This document shows, one piece after another, positions 1 through 9,858 of a DNA stretch of 64,000 nucleotides (within the stretch, counting starts at the first letter, position 1; each line of letters begins with the position of its first letter). A program made the translations under genes and the position numbers. The notes beneath the pieces were generated by a model that worked only from the letters and a program-made list of their open reading frames with translations, was not told the origin of the DNA and searched no databases. Source of the DNA: Alphaproteobacteria bacterium (GTDB lineage Bacteria > Pseudomonadota > Alphaproteobacteria > UBA828); contig OZ243972.1 in NCBI GenBank assembly GCA_965214705.1, forward strand, positions 1,344,001 through 1,408,000. The letters are read 5' to 3'.

Positions 1-2
1 GA

Positions 3-359
3 AGGAGGTACTTAGCATCGACTTACAAAGAGTTGTCCGATCAAAAAGTGTTTTATGCAGTATTTGATCTTATACACATTTTTCGTATTCTCACATTCGA
101 AGAGTTGGAACATGCGTTTCGCCGAATTTGGAAAAATGCTAGTCGCACAAACCTGCGGCGAGCTCTTTCCATTCTAGTGGCTGCGAATTATGTTTGGAGA
201 AGAGGCGATGACAACAACTACTTCTGTAAGAACCCATCGATGCAACCATTTTTGGATTTGCAAGATTTGGATTCGGATCAAGTTACAATGGAAGCTCTAG
301 ACCTGTACGAGAAGAGCTTTCCAGAGGTGGTAGGTGTGTTACGAGGCGTGAAGTCGTGA
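3..359 (+). CDS. C-terminal part of probable retron effector/accessory protein (5' truncated by window)
   Basis: Frame open to the window edge; stop overlaps the RT start (GTGA at 356-359); wHTH-like end (LRRALSILVAANYV). Confidence 0.65.
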   Translation, partial: RRYLASTYKELSDQKVFYAVFDLIHIFRILTFEELEHAFRRIWKNASRTNLRRALSILVAANYVWRRGDDNNYFCKNPSMQPFLDLQDLDSDQVTMEALDLYEKSFPEVVGVLRGVKS

Positions 360-1270
360 TAATTGATAAAATAGCCGGTGAGGCTGGTGTTGACAGTGCG
401 CGTTTACTTGAAGTCGCTATGACCGCAGAACATCGGTATAGGACGTATCAGATACCAAAGCGCAAGGGCGGACTTCGGACAATTAGCCACCCAACGCCCC
501 GCGTTAAATTCCTGCAACGATGGTTGAATAGGAATGTTTTCATAGGACTGCCTGTTCATCACACGGCATTCGCATACAGACGGGGGGTTGGAATCGCAGA
601 TAACGCGAAAAAGCATGTTGAAAATAGTTACTTGCTCAAAATTGATTTCGCTGATTTCTTCCCATCGCTGACGGCACGCGATGTACGAACGGTATTAAGG
701 AACAATAAGGAAGGCTTCAGTTTCGGTCCGCTCGAGGATGAGTTGGAGGTAATTGTAAGTATCGTATGCAGAAAGGGCGCTTTGACCATCGGAGCACCGA
801 GCTCCCCAATTCTGGCTAATGCAATTATGTACGAGTTTGACACATGTTTGTACGATTTCTGTCATACAAACGGTATAGTATACACAAGATATGCTGATGA
901 CATATTCCTTTCAACTAAACAACCCAACGTATTGTCGGGCGCTCTGAAATATGTGCGGCGTGACATAGCATCGCGAGAATCTCCTAGACTGTGTATAAAT
1001 GAGGCGAAAACAGTGTTCACATCAAAGAAACGTCGCCGACTAGTAACGGGCCTGGTCCTGACGTCGGATGGAAGGATATCAATCGGACGAAGGAACAAAA
1101 GAAAGACAAGAAGTCAGGTATATTCATATCTGAAGGGCGGGCTTGATAAAGAAGATGTGCTATATTTGAAGGGGTATTTGGCATTCGCAGAGTCTGTTGA
1201 ACCGGAGTTCGTAAGAGGCTTGTCGCTAAGGTACGGCGAAGACATTCTTGCAAAACTCCAAGAAGACTAG
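356..1270 (+). CDS. Retron-type reverse transcriptase
   Basis: YTRYADD catalytic motif, retron NAxxH (NAKKH) and VTG (LVTGLVL) motifs, GAPSSPILAN, KIDFADFFPS; 304 aa with no maturase domain. Confidence 0.93.
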   Translation: MIIDKIAGEAGVDSARLLEVAMTAEHRYRTYQIPKRKGGLRTISHPTPRVKFLQRWLNRNVFIGLPVHHTAFAYRRGVGIADNAKKHVENSYLLKIDFADFFPSLTARDVRTVLRNNKEGFSFGPLEDELEVIVSIVCRKGALTIGAPSSPILANAIMYEFDTCLYDFCHTNGIVYTRYADDIFLSTKQPNVLSGALKYVRRDIASRESPRLCINEAKTVFTSKKRRRLVTGLVLTSDGRISIGRRNKRKTRSQVYSYLKGGLDKEDVLYLKGYLAFAESVEPEFVRGLSLRYGEDILAKLQED

Positions 1271-1848
1271 CTCAGCGTATTCCTTGCTCGGCGACTTTGG
1301 TGCTCGGTTTTATACAGCCAAACGACATATCCATCGCCCTCGCGCTCGATGATCGCGGTCAACTGCTTGTTCATGCCGTGTCTCCTATTCCGAACACCGT
1401 CCTACCGTTGCCTGTCAAGAACGGTAGCGACAGCGCTTCGATGGCGGTCTTGAGGGCGGCTTCCCTATTGTGCCGCTTGTCACGGTATCCTTGCCAACAT
1501 CTGTTGCAGCCACCAAACCAAAACTGGCAGTATGGCGTGAGGTTGGCCGTGCGCGGGCGCATGCCTATGCACCTCCCGTTCGATCCGATGTCTCGGAACA
1601 GATCCGTGTCGTCTCCACCACTCGAGAACGGCACCGAGGACTATGGGCGATGACGGTGTGGCGTAGCGCGGCGTGGCGCGGCGTTTCTAGTTGCATCTCC
1701 AATTCACTCGTTACCGTGAGGGTGACCACTTAGGCAGACGTTCATCGAGAGGTTGTCGTCATTTGTCGACCAATGATAGGCGACACATTCACAGCCTCAT
1801 AGCCATTTGCCTCCGTATTCTGTGCGAGGGAAATAACAAAAAATTCCT

Positions 1849-2454
1849 TTAACGGGTTGCTAGTGCAAATCCAAGCGACTTGCACAACGCGAGATACACG
1901 GGATTTCTCGCAAGCCCATCACGACAGCTCTTAACGATATCCGAGGTAATCTGTTTATTTCCTCCAAATTGAAGACTCTCCAATAGCAGCAAGTCAAGAG
2001 CCATAGATTCCATCCAATCTATGTCTTTTGTATACCCGCTTACTGCGCTGGCATTAGTTGTCTCCAGGAATCGCCCAGCAGCGTTACCAGACAGGTTCAA
2101 TGTACTGCACGATGCAAAATGTATCAGACGATAGTTGCACCCACCCAACTCAGAGAGCTTCTCACCAACAGAAACAAAAGTCATCGCACTTCCAGTCTCG
2201 TCTTCGAATTCAACCTTGCCTGGTCGGCCGTGATAGCCCAAATATAAGATGGGAAACTCAGATGGGCGCAACTCTAGCCACTTACGTAGATTTAACTGGA
2301 ATTCTCTTTTGGTTTGGGCAGTGCGATGAATAAAGGGAACTTGCAAGAAACTCGCCTCGAGGAGTTGCAACATGGGTCGTACTGATGTCTGGTCCTTAGT
2401 ACCGAACCAAACCGTTTCAATGCAATAGATGCCGCGCCTCTTGCTCTTGGCCAT
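1849..2454 (-). CDS. Caspase/CHAT-like (DUF6642-like) protein
   Basis: ILYLGYHG and LIHFASCSTL (His-Gly and Ser-Cys dyad pattern), AVSGY..IDWMES. Confidence 0.65.
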   Translation of the reverse strand: MAKSKRRGIYCIETVWFGTKDQTSVRPMLQLLEASFLQVPFIHRTAQTKREFQLNLRKWLELRPSEFPILYLGYHGRPGKVEFEDETGSAMTFVSVGEKLSELGGCNYRLIHFASCSTLNLSGNAAGRFLETTNASAVSGYTKDIDWMESMALDLLLLESLQFGGNKQITSDIVKSCRDGLARNPVYLALCKSLGFALATR

Positions 2455-2511
2455 GATCACTTCTCTCTTGTTCCTTTGTAGGCTGTGAGCGAAGTTTTAA
2501 GTCATCGTACT

Positions 2512-3498
2512 TCAGTTTCGGTGATGCGCCGCAACGGTCGTGCACATGTCCGCTAGACGCTGGCGAAGATGAGCGGGGTTTTCCACCGTGACGCTCTCGC
2601 CCCAGGTGACGAGGTGCCAGCACATCTCGTCGATGCCGCCGGCAGTGAAGCGCACCGTAAGCGTGCCGTCGGCGTTCTCCTGCATCGTCTGGCTGGGGTG
2701 GAATAGAAAGGCAGATGCGTCCCGCTTCGCCTCGGCCGTGAAGTGCAGCACAACGTCCACCGGCTCCTCCTGAAAGGTGCCGAAGGAACGCCTGGCGTAG
2801 GCCTCCAGGTCGAAGCCGGGGTCGCGCGTGAAGCTCTCGCTCGTGACGCGGGCCTCACTCATGTTGGCGAGCCGCCACAACCGCATGTCGTCGTTCCAGT
2901 CCGTCCGCCCCACCAGGAAGGGGCGGTTGCCGTAGAGCAGGCCGTAGGGCTCGATGCGCTGCCAACTTCGGCGCCCAGTCGTTCGGGCGAGATAGCGTAG
3001 CGCGACGACGCGGCGGGTGATGATCGCCTCGCGCAGGAGCGCGAGCAGGTCCTGGTCGAGTTGCGGCCTTGGGCCGGGTCGCATGGCCAGTCCTTCCGCC
3101 TGCACCAGCGCCTCGATGTCGGCTTCGATCCGCGCCAGCGAGTCGGTGTGCATGGTGGCCCGCAGCTTGACGTCCAACTCCTGCAGCGCCGCCCCGCGCG
3201 CTTCGAAGCCGGTGCGCTCCAGCGTCTCGGCCGCGGACCCAAGCTCCGCCAGTTCTTCGCCAGACAGGGGGACAAGGCGCCGGAGCGCGTCCGAGCGGAG
3301 CCGCCAGTGGTTCTTGTTGTCGTCGTGCTCCACCGATTCCAGCACCCCGAACGCCTCTTGGACCGCGTCGCGCATGCGCTCGGCCGTTCGTCGACTGACG
3401 CCGAACTCGGCCTCGATTTCGTCGAGCGTCATGCCGCCGCGCAGGCCCTGCATCCGGATCGCCAGCTTCACGATATTCGTCAGCCCTTCGTAACGCAC
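2512..3498 (-). CDS. WYL-domain transcriptional regulator (HTH-WYL-WCX)
   Basis: HTH (FGVSRRTAERMRD), IEPYGLLY..PFLVG, RLWRL, WHLVTWGESVTVENP; GTG start at 3498 with a purine-rich RBS. Confidence 0.92.
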   Translation of the reverse strand: MRYEGLTNIVKLAIRMQGLRGGMTLDEIEAEFGVSRRTAERMRDAVQEAFGVLESVEHDDNKNHWRLRSDALRRLVPLSGEELAELGSAAETLERTGFEARGAALQELDVKLRATMHTDSLARIEADIEALVQAEGLAMRPGPRPQLDQDLLALLREAIITRRVVALRYLARTTGRRSWQRIEPYGLLYGNRPFLVGRTDWNDDMRLWRLANMSEARVTSESFTRDPGFDLEAYARRSFGTFQEEPVDVVLHFTAEAKRDASAFLFHPSQTMQENADGTLTVRFTAGGIDEMCWHLVTWGESVTVENPAHLRQRLADMCTTVAAHHRN

Positions 3499-3584
3499 CG
3501 GACACCCCTCTCCCGGCACTGCGGGTTCCGCGACCCTCACCCTAACCGGCGAGCACAGGGCGCGGAACCCGTGCACTGCGCTGC

Positions 3585-5666
3585 CTACAGTCCGAAGCCG
3601 ACGGGCCGAGGCCGGTCCGGCTTGGCTGCGCATTCGGCGCTCAGCATGGCGGCCAGTGCTGCCGGTTCTTCCAACCGGCCGAGGAGCGCGGCCTTCCGCC
3701 GCACCACGGCGAAGTCGGCGGGGGTAAGGGCGGTTAGACTTGCGATCTCCGCCGGCGGGACGAGGCCGAAATAGGTGCGGAACGCCGCCTTCGCCTGCGC
3801 TGGCGAGAGATAGTCGAACGCGACCTTGAAGACGAAGCGGCGGAAGGTCGCCGCGTCCAGGTGCTCACCGAAGTTGGTGGTGCAGGCGAAGGGCAGGGGG
3901 TGGCTCTCCATCCAGGTGAGCATCTCGTTCACCCGACTCACCTCCCAGGATTGCTCGGCGCCGCGGCGGTCGGCGAGCACAGAGTCTGCTTCGTCGAAGA
4001 TCAGGAACGCGCCCGCATCGCGCGCCTGGGCGAAGGCGGCGGCGATGTTTCGCTCCGTCCCTCCAACCCACATTGACATCAGGTCGGAGGACCGCTTCTG
4101 CATCACCTCCAGACCCATTCGCTCCGCGAGGTAGCGGACGAAGGCGCTCTTTCCCGTCCCTGGCGGTCCTTGCAGACAGAGCGAGAAGCGCCGCTCGCCG
4201 CTCGCCGTCAGGCTGTCCGCCAGCACGACTGGGTCGGTATCGGCCCGGATCAGCGCGGGGTCGAAGATCAGCGGTGCCCCTTGCGGCGGCGCCTCGCACG
4301 AAAGCACGCGGGAGAGGCCGCGCACTCCCAGCCGCACCGTCTCGATGCCTCCGCCGGCGATCCCCGCGGCCGCGGTGGCGCCCGCAGCCACGCCGGGGGT
4401 CGCAGTGAACTCCTGCGCCAGCGCGTGAGCCTCGTCGGGGCCGGCCTCGATTCCGTGGCGCTCAAGCTGGCGCTTCCAGACTTGTTCTCTGACCGCGGCG
4501 GTCGGCGGGCGAAGCTCCAGCGCAAACATCATGCGACGCAAGAGGGCTTTGCTGACTGCGCTCGCGTCGTTGAGCACCCAGAGCGTCGGCGCGGGCGCCC
4601 GCTCCAGCAGCCGATGCGTGTAGACCTTGGAGCCGCCGCTACGGGAATCGGAGAAAATCGGCTGCCCGAAGAGCGAGAGGCCGCCGCCGTCAGAGCCCGA
4701 CAGCAGATCCTCCATCTCGTCGAAGAGAAGAAGAGCGCTACGGTTTCGCGACACAAGGCGCTGGGCGAGCCGGAGCTCCTGCAGCCTCTCGCGGCGGCTG
4801 GGCTCGTCGCCCCCGTCGTCCGCCTCGCCGATGCCGTAGAGAGTAACGCCGAGGCGTTCGGCGAGGACCTTGCACAGCTCCGTCTTGCCAGTGCCGGGCG
4901 GTCCATACAAGAGGACGTTCACGCCCTTCGCTCCGCTCTGGAGCGCACCCCGGATCAGGCGTTCGATGTGATCGCGGCCCTCGGCGATATGACCAAAGTC
5001 CGACCATTCAAGCTCGCTTGCAGGCGCGGCGTCCAGCAGCAGGCGATGCACGTCGAGGCCGGCGCTACCGGGCACCGTAGCCAGGCGCCGCAGCCGATCA
5101 ACGATCGTCACGTCCCCATCGCTCTCGACGGAAAGAAGCCCCGAGCTCACCAACGGCGCGCTATCGGAAAGCCGGTCGCGGATGGTGCTGGCGGAAATGC
5201 TGAGAAGGGCGGGAACGATCGAGCCCTTGAGCGTGCGGGTGGCGAGCCTCTCGAACAGGGTCGAGCGGAGCATGACATCGTCGATCATCGACTCGATGAC
5301 GGGCTGCGTGTGATAGCGCAGCAGCAGCTCCAGGATCGCGACGTCCGTTCGATCGAGGCCAGTCGTCTGTGCCAGGCGTTGCAGCCGCCGCGCCGTGAGG
5401 TCGGGCTTGGGTTGCGCCCCCGTCGCGCGTTCCTCCTGCAGGGCTCGCTGAAAGACGCGCCATTCGCTCCTGGACAGCTTATCGTCAGGATCGATGTTCG
5501 CCCGATCCAGGCGGGAGCGAAGGCGCCTGCTCGCGAAGGCGACGCCTTGCTCGTTCTCCATCACCCATTCGGCCAACGCATCCGCCGCCCTGTCGCGGTG
5601 ACGGAGCCGCGCTGCGGCATTGGCCAGGTAGGTAACGATGAGATGTCGTTCGTAGTCGGTTGTCAT
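3585..5666 (-). CDS. Tandem AAA+ ATPase
   Basis: Two Walker A motifs (GPPGTGKT, GPPGTGKS), two Walker B motifs (LLFDE, LIFDE), C-terminal VGF. Confidence 0.92.
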   Translation of the reverse strand: MTTDYERHLIVTYLANAAARLRHRDRAADALAEWVMENEQGVAFASRRLRSRLDRANIDPDDKLSRSEWRVFQRALQEERATGAQPKPDLTARRLQRLAQTTGLDRTDVAILELLLRYHTQPVIESMIDDVMLRSTLFERLATRTLKGSIVPALLSISASTIRDRLSDSAPLVSSGLLSVESDGDVTIVDRLRRLATVPGSAGLDVHRLLLDAAPASELEWSDFGHIAEGRDHIERLIRGALQSGAKGVNVLLYGPPGTGKTELCKVLAERLGVTLYGIGEADDGGDEPSRRERLQELRLAQRLVSRNRSALLLFDEMEDLLSGSDGGGLSLFGQPIFSDSRSGGSKVYTHRLLERAPAPTLWVLNDASAVSKALLRRMMFALELRPPTAAVREQVWKRQLERHGIEAGPDEAHALAQEFTATPGVAAGATAAAGIAGGGIETVRLGVRGLSRVLSCEAPPQGAPLIFDPALIRADTDPVVLADSLTASGERRFSLCLQGPPGTGKSAFVRYLAERMGLEVMQKRSSDLMSMWVGGTERNIAAAFAQARDAGAFLIFDEADSVLADRRGAEQSWEVSRVNEMLTWMESHPLPFACTTNFGEHLDAATFRRFVFKVAFDYLSPAQAKAAFRTYFGLVPPAEIASLTALTPADFAVVRRKAALLGRLEEPAALAAMLSAECAAKPDRPRPVGFGL

Positions 5667-5710
5667 GGCTCACTCCGTTCTTGGGGCTTGGATATAAGCT
5701 AGCGGAGGAG

Positions 5711-5729
5711 TACGTCAGATACGGTCGTA
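5711..5729. promoter_or_regulatory. Imperfect palindrome, possible WYL operator upstream of the AAA-WYL genes
   Basis: TACGTC-N7-GTCGTA about 45 bp upstream of the AAA start; function inferred only. Confidence 0.25.
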
Positions 5730-6276
5730 TCCTAATCGAGAAGACAACGATTTCGTAGTGCCACTCGCAAGACTCCTGAATGAGAACGCCGTCGTCGCCG
5801 CCGGTCTCTCGTAACGTGTTGCCGTTCACGGCGATGGTATGGCCAAGATCGCCGTCAAGTCACGTCTCGCCAGCGCCGGCCTCGCCAGGAGGCAAGTTCG
5901 CAGCCCATGTCTCAGGCTGATGAGTGGATGAACAGGAGCCTTCGTCGCTGAGCCCGACACCGATACCTAAGAGTGTCAACGCAATTGCTGTGTGGTGACG
6001 TTCTGCCTGATCAGTTAAGCTACCAGTCAGGGAGACGAGTAGGCGAATCATCTTGGCGGCTCTTGCCATTCTGGACATTATAGGAATTGAAGCCGCTGAG
6101 GCCTCGCCTACCCGGCGCTTTAAGCATCCGAAAGAGTAAACCAAATGCAGCCCCCGCAACTCCCGGCAACCGACATCCTTTCCATACCACCGACGTACTT
6201 CGGCGGTCGTCAGGTATTCCCTGGTGGTCCACAGGCTTTGGCCGGCACTGCATGTCATGCGTTCTCATCAACCGCA

Positions 6277-7095
6277 ATGCATCTTGGTGCACCGCTGCGC
6301 ACACCAGCTCCACGTGTATGTTCCATAGTACGTTTTGTGATATTTCTTTGCGTGTTCGTGTTCTTTGTTGCATCCCAAGTCGAAGCATTCTCGTCGCTTC
6401 GTTATATCCCTCGCGTAACCGACGAAGTGTTCGACAAGCTTCTCGACTTATCAAAATCGACGGGTGGAACGAAGAAAGTTGGAAAACTTCATGATGAGAC
6501 TTTGCCGTCTCAAGTGCTGGAATTATCCCCTCCAATTCGGGAGGAACTTCTGGCCGGGACTTTTCTACACTTGGCAGTCAGAAAGGGCGTGCTTCCTTCC
6601 GAAGAAGCAGTAGGAATGTTTTTCAGGCTGAGAGGCGTCAAGGGCTTTCGTGAAACCCTCAGAAAGATTGTGGGAGTCAGTGATTCGGTGATGAAGGGTC
6701 ACTTGTACGAGCTGCGTCTTGCCAATGCTTCTTCGATACATGGATTCCGCGTCAAGCACATCAATGAACTCTATCACGACGGCCTAAAGAGGGGACCTAC
6801 TGATATCGACTTGGTATTGGAGAGAGGCGACGCATTAGTGGCAATTGAAGCCAAAAGCTATACTCCCCCGCTCGATAAGCTGCGCGCAGACATGGATACA
6901 CTAAAGGCTTACGTTGAGTCTGCTGCCCCACAACGGGTGATTCCCGTTCTCGCCATGCCCACGCCCAAGAATCAGAATACACGTCGTCTTGTGGATGAGG
7001 CAGCCAAAAGACGAGGCGTCGAGGTTATTCTAGGTTCTACAGACGATCAGGTTTTGCGTCTGAAGCATCTGACGTTTGCAGGTAATGCGCAATGA
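6277..7095 (+). CDS. Putative exported/membrane-anchored PD-(D/E)xK nuclease-like protein
   Basis: Hydrophobic N-terminus ending VEA; E...TDIDLV...VAIEAK motif; start uncertain (6145 or 6277). Confidence 0.6.
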   Translation: MHLGAPLRTPAPRVCSIVRFVIFLCVFVFFVASQVEAFSSLRYIPRVTDEVFDKLLDLSKSTGGTKKVGKLHDETLPSQVLELSPPIREELLAGTFLHLAVRKGVLPSEEAVGMFFRLRGVKGFRETLRKIVGVSDSVMKGHLYELRLANASSIHGFRVKHINELYHDGLKRGPTDIDLVLERGDALVAIEAKSYTPPLDKLRADMDTLKAYVESAAPQRVIPVLAMPTPKNQNTRRLVDEAAKRRGVEVILGSTDDQVLRLKHLTFAGNAQ

Positions 7096-8642
7096 GCCTT
7101 AGCCGTAGACGGTTGCTTTCGTACTGTGCGCTCACTTGCGTTGTCATTAGTGTAGCTGTCGTTTCTGCACTGGTCTACGTGCAACCCGGCTACGCCATTT
7201 TAGGAATTGGTCAAGCGGGCGGAAGTTTCGAGAGTTTCTATACTACCAAGGGCCTTAGCTGGATCGACTGGGCGATAGCTGGACTTTCGACCTTAGGGTT
7301 GGGAGTGGTTGTATTCTTTACGGGTGGATTGGCAAGCCCGCTATTGGTTTTGGCTCCTGGGGTAAAGGTCATTGCGACGTGGATTGGTGGCTTGGGAACA
7401 AAGCTCGCCGGCACAGCGGCCCTAAACCACGGTCTTGCCCTGCTTGGCGGAGGCACCATTGCAGCTGGCGGTTTGGGGAAGGCGGGAGGAGCTGCAGTGC
7501 TATCTACGGTGCTAGCGGGCGCATGGGAAGCGCCTTTCTGGACCGCTGGGGAAGTGTATGACGCGCTGGTAGTTACGGAGGACAGAGACTACGACTATAA
7601 TGGGCTTTTGCAGCAGAGGCGGAATTTTCTGGCGACATTGCCACTCCCGAAAAACCACTCGGGCCCGAAGGCCTATGAGGCAGGGATTGACGTTTTGGAA
7701 GAAATTGAAGACTTGAAAGATTTAAGTCGCGATGACGCACTATTGATTGTGCAGGAAAATCACCGCGTGCTAGTTGAGGCGATCCACGCGATACGATGGA
7801 ACTTGAATTCGGAAAGTGAATTCCGAAAACGACTGGAAATGATTGATGACACATTGGAGCTGTCGTCGCCACTAAATCAAGAAATCATTAACACGGCCGT
7901 AGGGCACTTGCTCTATGACACATGGGCCGTTGAAGATCTGGCAGACGCGTCTTTGCTTTCTCTTTTGTACTTCATCTTGAATGATTATGAACGAGCGAAG
8001 CAATACTCAAGCCGAGCTGAAATTATAGCCAGATACGAAGCCGGTTCCGCGAGCGATATTGATGAAGGGGCAAACTTGGCGATATTTGTTGGCGCAGTGA
8101 GTTCCTTGTACGATGAAGACTTCGACTGGAAGGAGGTGCTCGATAGAGTTGAGCGCTCTGTTCTATCTGATCCTGAAAATGTTCTGATTCCTCTGCTGTT
8201 GGCGATTTTGCTGGATCGAGTAGAGTTGCGAATTAATGACGGTTATCTTGACGAGCAGGCGTTTGCACAAATACTCGAGATCATGGAGCAACCTGAAATG
8301 GAAGAGTTCAGGTTTAAAAACTTCGTGATATTACTTTCCCGGTATCTGAAGCGCCTAGAGGTGGAGCGCCAAACTATCGAGGTCCTAGTGCGAACCGAGA
8401 ATGATACAATTCGAAGCAACCTAAAAACTCTGGAAACTGTTGAAGAGTCGCTGCGAGCGTACAAAGCTCTCTTGGACGAGGGTAGCTATGTTGAGAAGTG
8501 GATCACAGTGCTTCCACTAGAGGAAGAAGAGGATCGACGAAATGTGGTCAACGTTAGCAGCGCCTTCAGCCGGTACTCCTTCAAGACGCAGGAGCTTGTA
8601 GACTTGGTCGTCGGTCTTCGAGCATACCAAGCTAAGGGCTAA
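7092..8642 (+). CDS. Membrane protein with glycine-zipper hydrophobic region and helical acidic C-terminus
   Basis: 516 aa; N-terminal TM/signal; GLALLGGGTIAAGGLGKAGG; ATGA overlap with the upstream gene. Confidence 0.75.
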   Translation: MSLSRRRLLSYCALTCVVISVAVVSALVYVQPGYAILGIGQAGGSFESFYTTKGLSWIDWAIAGLSTLGLGVVVFFTGGLASPLLVLAPGVKVIATWIGGLGTKLAGTAALNHGLALLGGGTIAAGGLGKAGGAAVLSTVLAGAWEAPFWTAGEVYDALVVTEDRDYDYNGLLQQRRNFLATLPLPKNHSGPKAYEAGIDVLEEIEDLKDLSRDDALLIVQENHRVLVEAIHAIRWNLNSESEFRKRLEMIDDTLELSSPLNQEIINTAVGHLLYDTWAVEDLADASLLSLLYFILNDYERAKQYSSRAEIIARYEAGSASDIDEGANLAIFVGAVSSLYDEDFDWKEVLDRVERSVLSDPENVLIPLLLAILLDRVELRINDGYLDEQAFAQILEIMEQPEMEEFRFKNFVILLSRYLKRLEVERQTIEVLVRTENDTIRSNLKTLETVEESLRAYKALLDEGSYVEKWITVLPLEEEEDRRNVVNVSSAFSRYSFKTQELVDLVVGLRAYQAKG

Positions 8643-8715
8643 AGGGTCCACACATACCGCGCTTACAGGGGTTTCCGAGTTGCTGCGGCGTCGTTGGAGT
8701 TGGGGTGCTGGCATT

Positions 8716-9855
8716 TCAACCCCTTAGTAGCCGTGCGAGGCTCACTCCGATGCGTTCTGCCGCGGCCTCAGTCTCACGGTCGCCGACATGGGCGTAGCGC
8801 AGTGTCATGCCCGGATTCTTGTGACCAAGCAAGCGGGAGACCACTGGCAGGGGAATGCCTTGGAGCACGGCGTGGCTGGCGTACGTGTGCCGAAGGTCAT
8901 GAATTCGCACATCCTCGATCCCGGCTTCCCTGCGCGCGGAGTACCAGAGCGGCAGATCGGAGCACTGCGGCCGCTCCGGATCGAGCGGCGATGGAAAGAC
9001 GAAGGCGCTGCCCGACCGCGGCTGGCGCTCCAGGATGGCGCGGGCCGGCGCATTCAGGAACACCTGTCTCGGGCCGGTCTTGGCATCGGCGAGGTTGACG
9101 GTATCCCCGTCCACGTCCCGCCAGCGCATGGTCACAATCTCGCTCTTGCGGCAGCCTGTCAGCAGCAGGAGGCGGATGATGTCGGCCTGTTGCGCGCGCG
9201 ACGGCCGCGCGCCGGCGTAGCGGTCCAGCACGCGGTGAAGGCGATGGACTTCATCGCGCGAGAGGAAGCGGGTGAGCCTGGGTCGGGGGTTGCGCTTGAT
9301 GCCGTGCGTGGGGTTGGTGTCGAGGTGGCCGCAGTCGATTGCATGGTTCAGGATCTGGCGGAGCACGTTCAACGCACGATTGGCACCGCCGGGCGCGGTC
9401 CGGCTGTATTCGTCGAACCAGCGGGTCACGGCGATTCGGCCGATCCGGTCCACCGGAATCGGGCCGAAGGCCGGAAGCAGGAGCCCGTTGAGGACCAGGC
9501 GCACGCCCTTTTGCGTCGACGGCTTGCATGTGTCGAGCCGCGCCTGCGCCGGACCGGCGACGAAGTCCGCGAAGGTCGGGACCGCTCCCCGTTCCGGCCT
9601 GCCACCGTGCGGCGCGGTTTCGATTTTGAGGCACCGCGCACGCGCTTCCTCGACGCCCATGAGCGCAGCAGGTCCGAGGGTGATCCTGCGCGCGCCGCCC
9701 TCGCCCTTGCGGCAATACACGAAGCTGCGGTGTCCCGACGGGCGGACGCGGACGCCGAGACCCGCAAGGCGCGTGTCCCAGACCGTATACTCGCGCGCCG
9801 CTGGCGCAAGCTTCGCCACGTTGGCGTCGGTCAGACGCCGCCTCTTCGCGGCCAT
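8716..9855 (-). CDS. Tyrosine recombinase/integrase with arm-binding domain
   Basis: TGCRKSE, DAKTG, HDLRH, LLGH, RYAH catalytic set; N-terminal WDTRLAGLGVRV. Confidence 0.93.
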   Translation of the reverse strand: MAAKRRRLTDANVAKLAPAAREYTVWDTRLAGLGVRVRPSGHRSFVYCRKGEGGARRITLGPAALMGVEEARARCLKIETAPHGGRPERGAVPTFADFVAGPAQARLDTCKPSTQKGVRLVLNGLLLPAFGPIPVDRIGRIAVTRWFDEYSRTAPGGANRALNVLRQILNHAIDCGHLDTNPTHGIKRNPRPRLTRFLSRDEVHRLHRVLDRYAGARPSRAQQADIIRLLLLTGCRKSEIVTMRWRDVDGDTVNLADAKTGPRQVFLNAPARAILERQPRSGSAFVFPSPLDPERPQCSDLPLWYSARREAGIEDVRIHDLRHTYASHAVLQGIPLPVVSRLLGHKNPGMTLRYAHVGDRETEAAAERIGVSLARLLRG

Positions 9856-9858
9856 GCC

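Noticed and set aside
1271-1848. Retron msr-msd or effector downstream of the RT
   Set aside because: No convincing a1/a2 repeats or credible ORF; the TGTCG-N12-CGACA palindrome at 1764-85 could be chance.
5860-6258. REYLTTAEV resembles the start of FimB-like recombinases
   Set aside because: No downstream catalytic motifs; at most an unrecognisable remnant.
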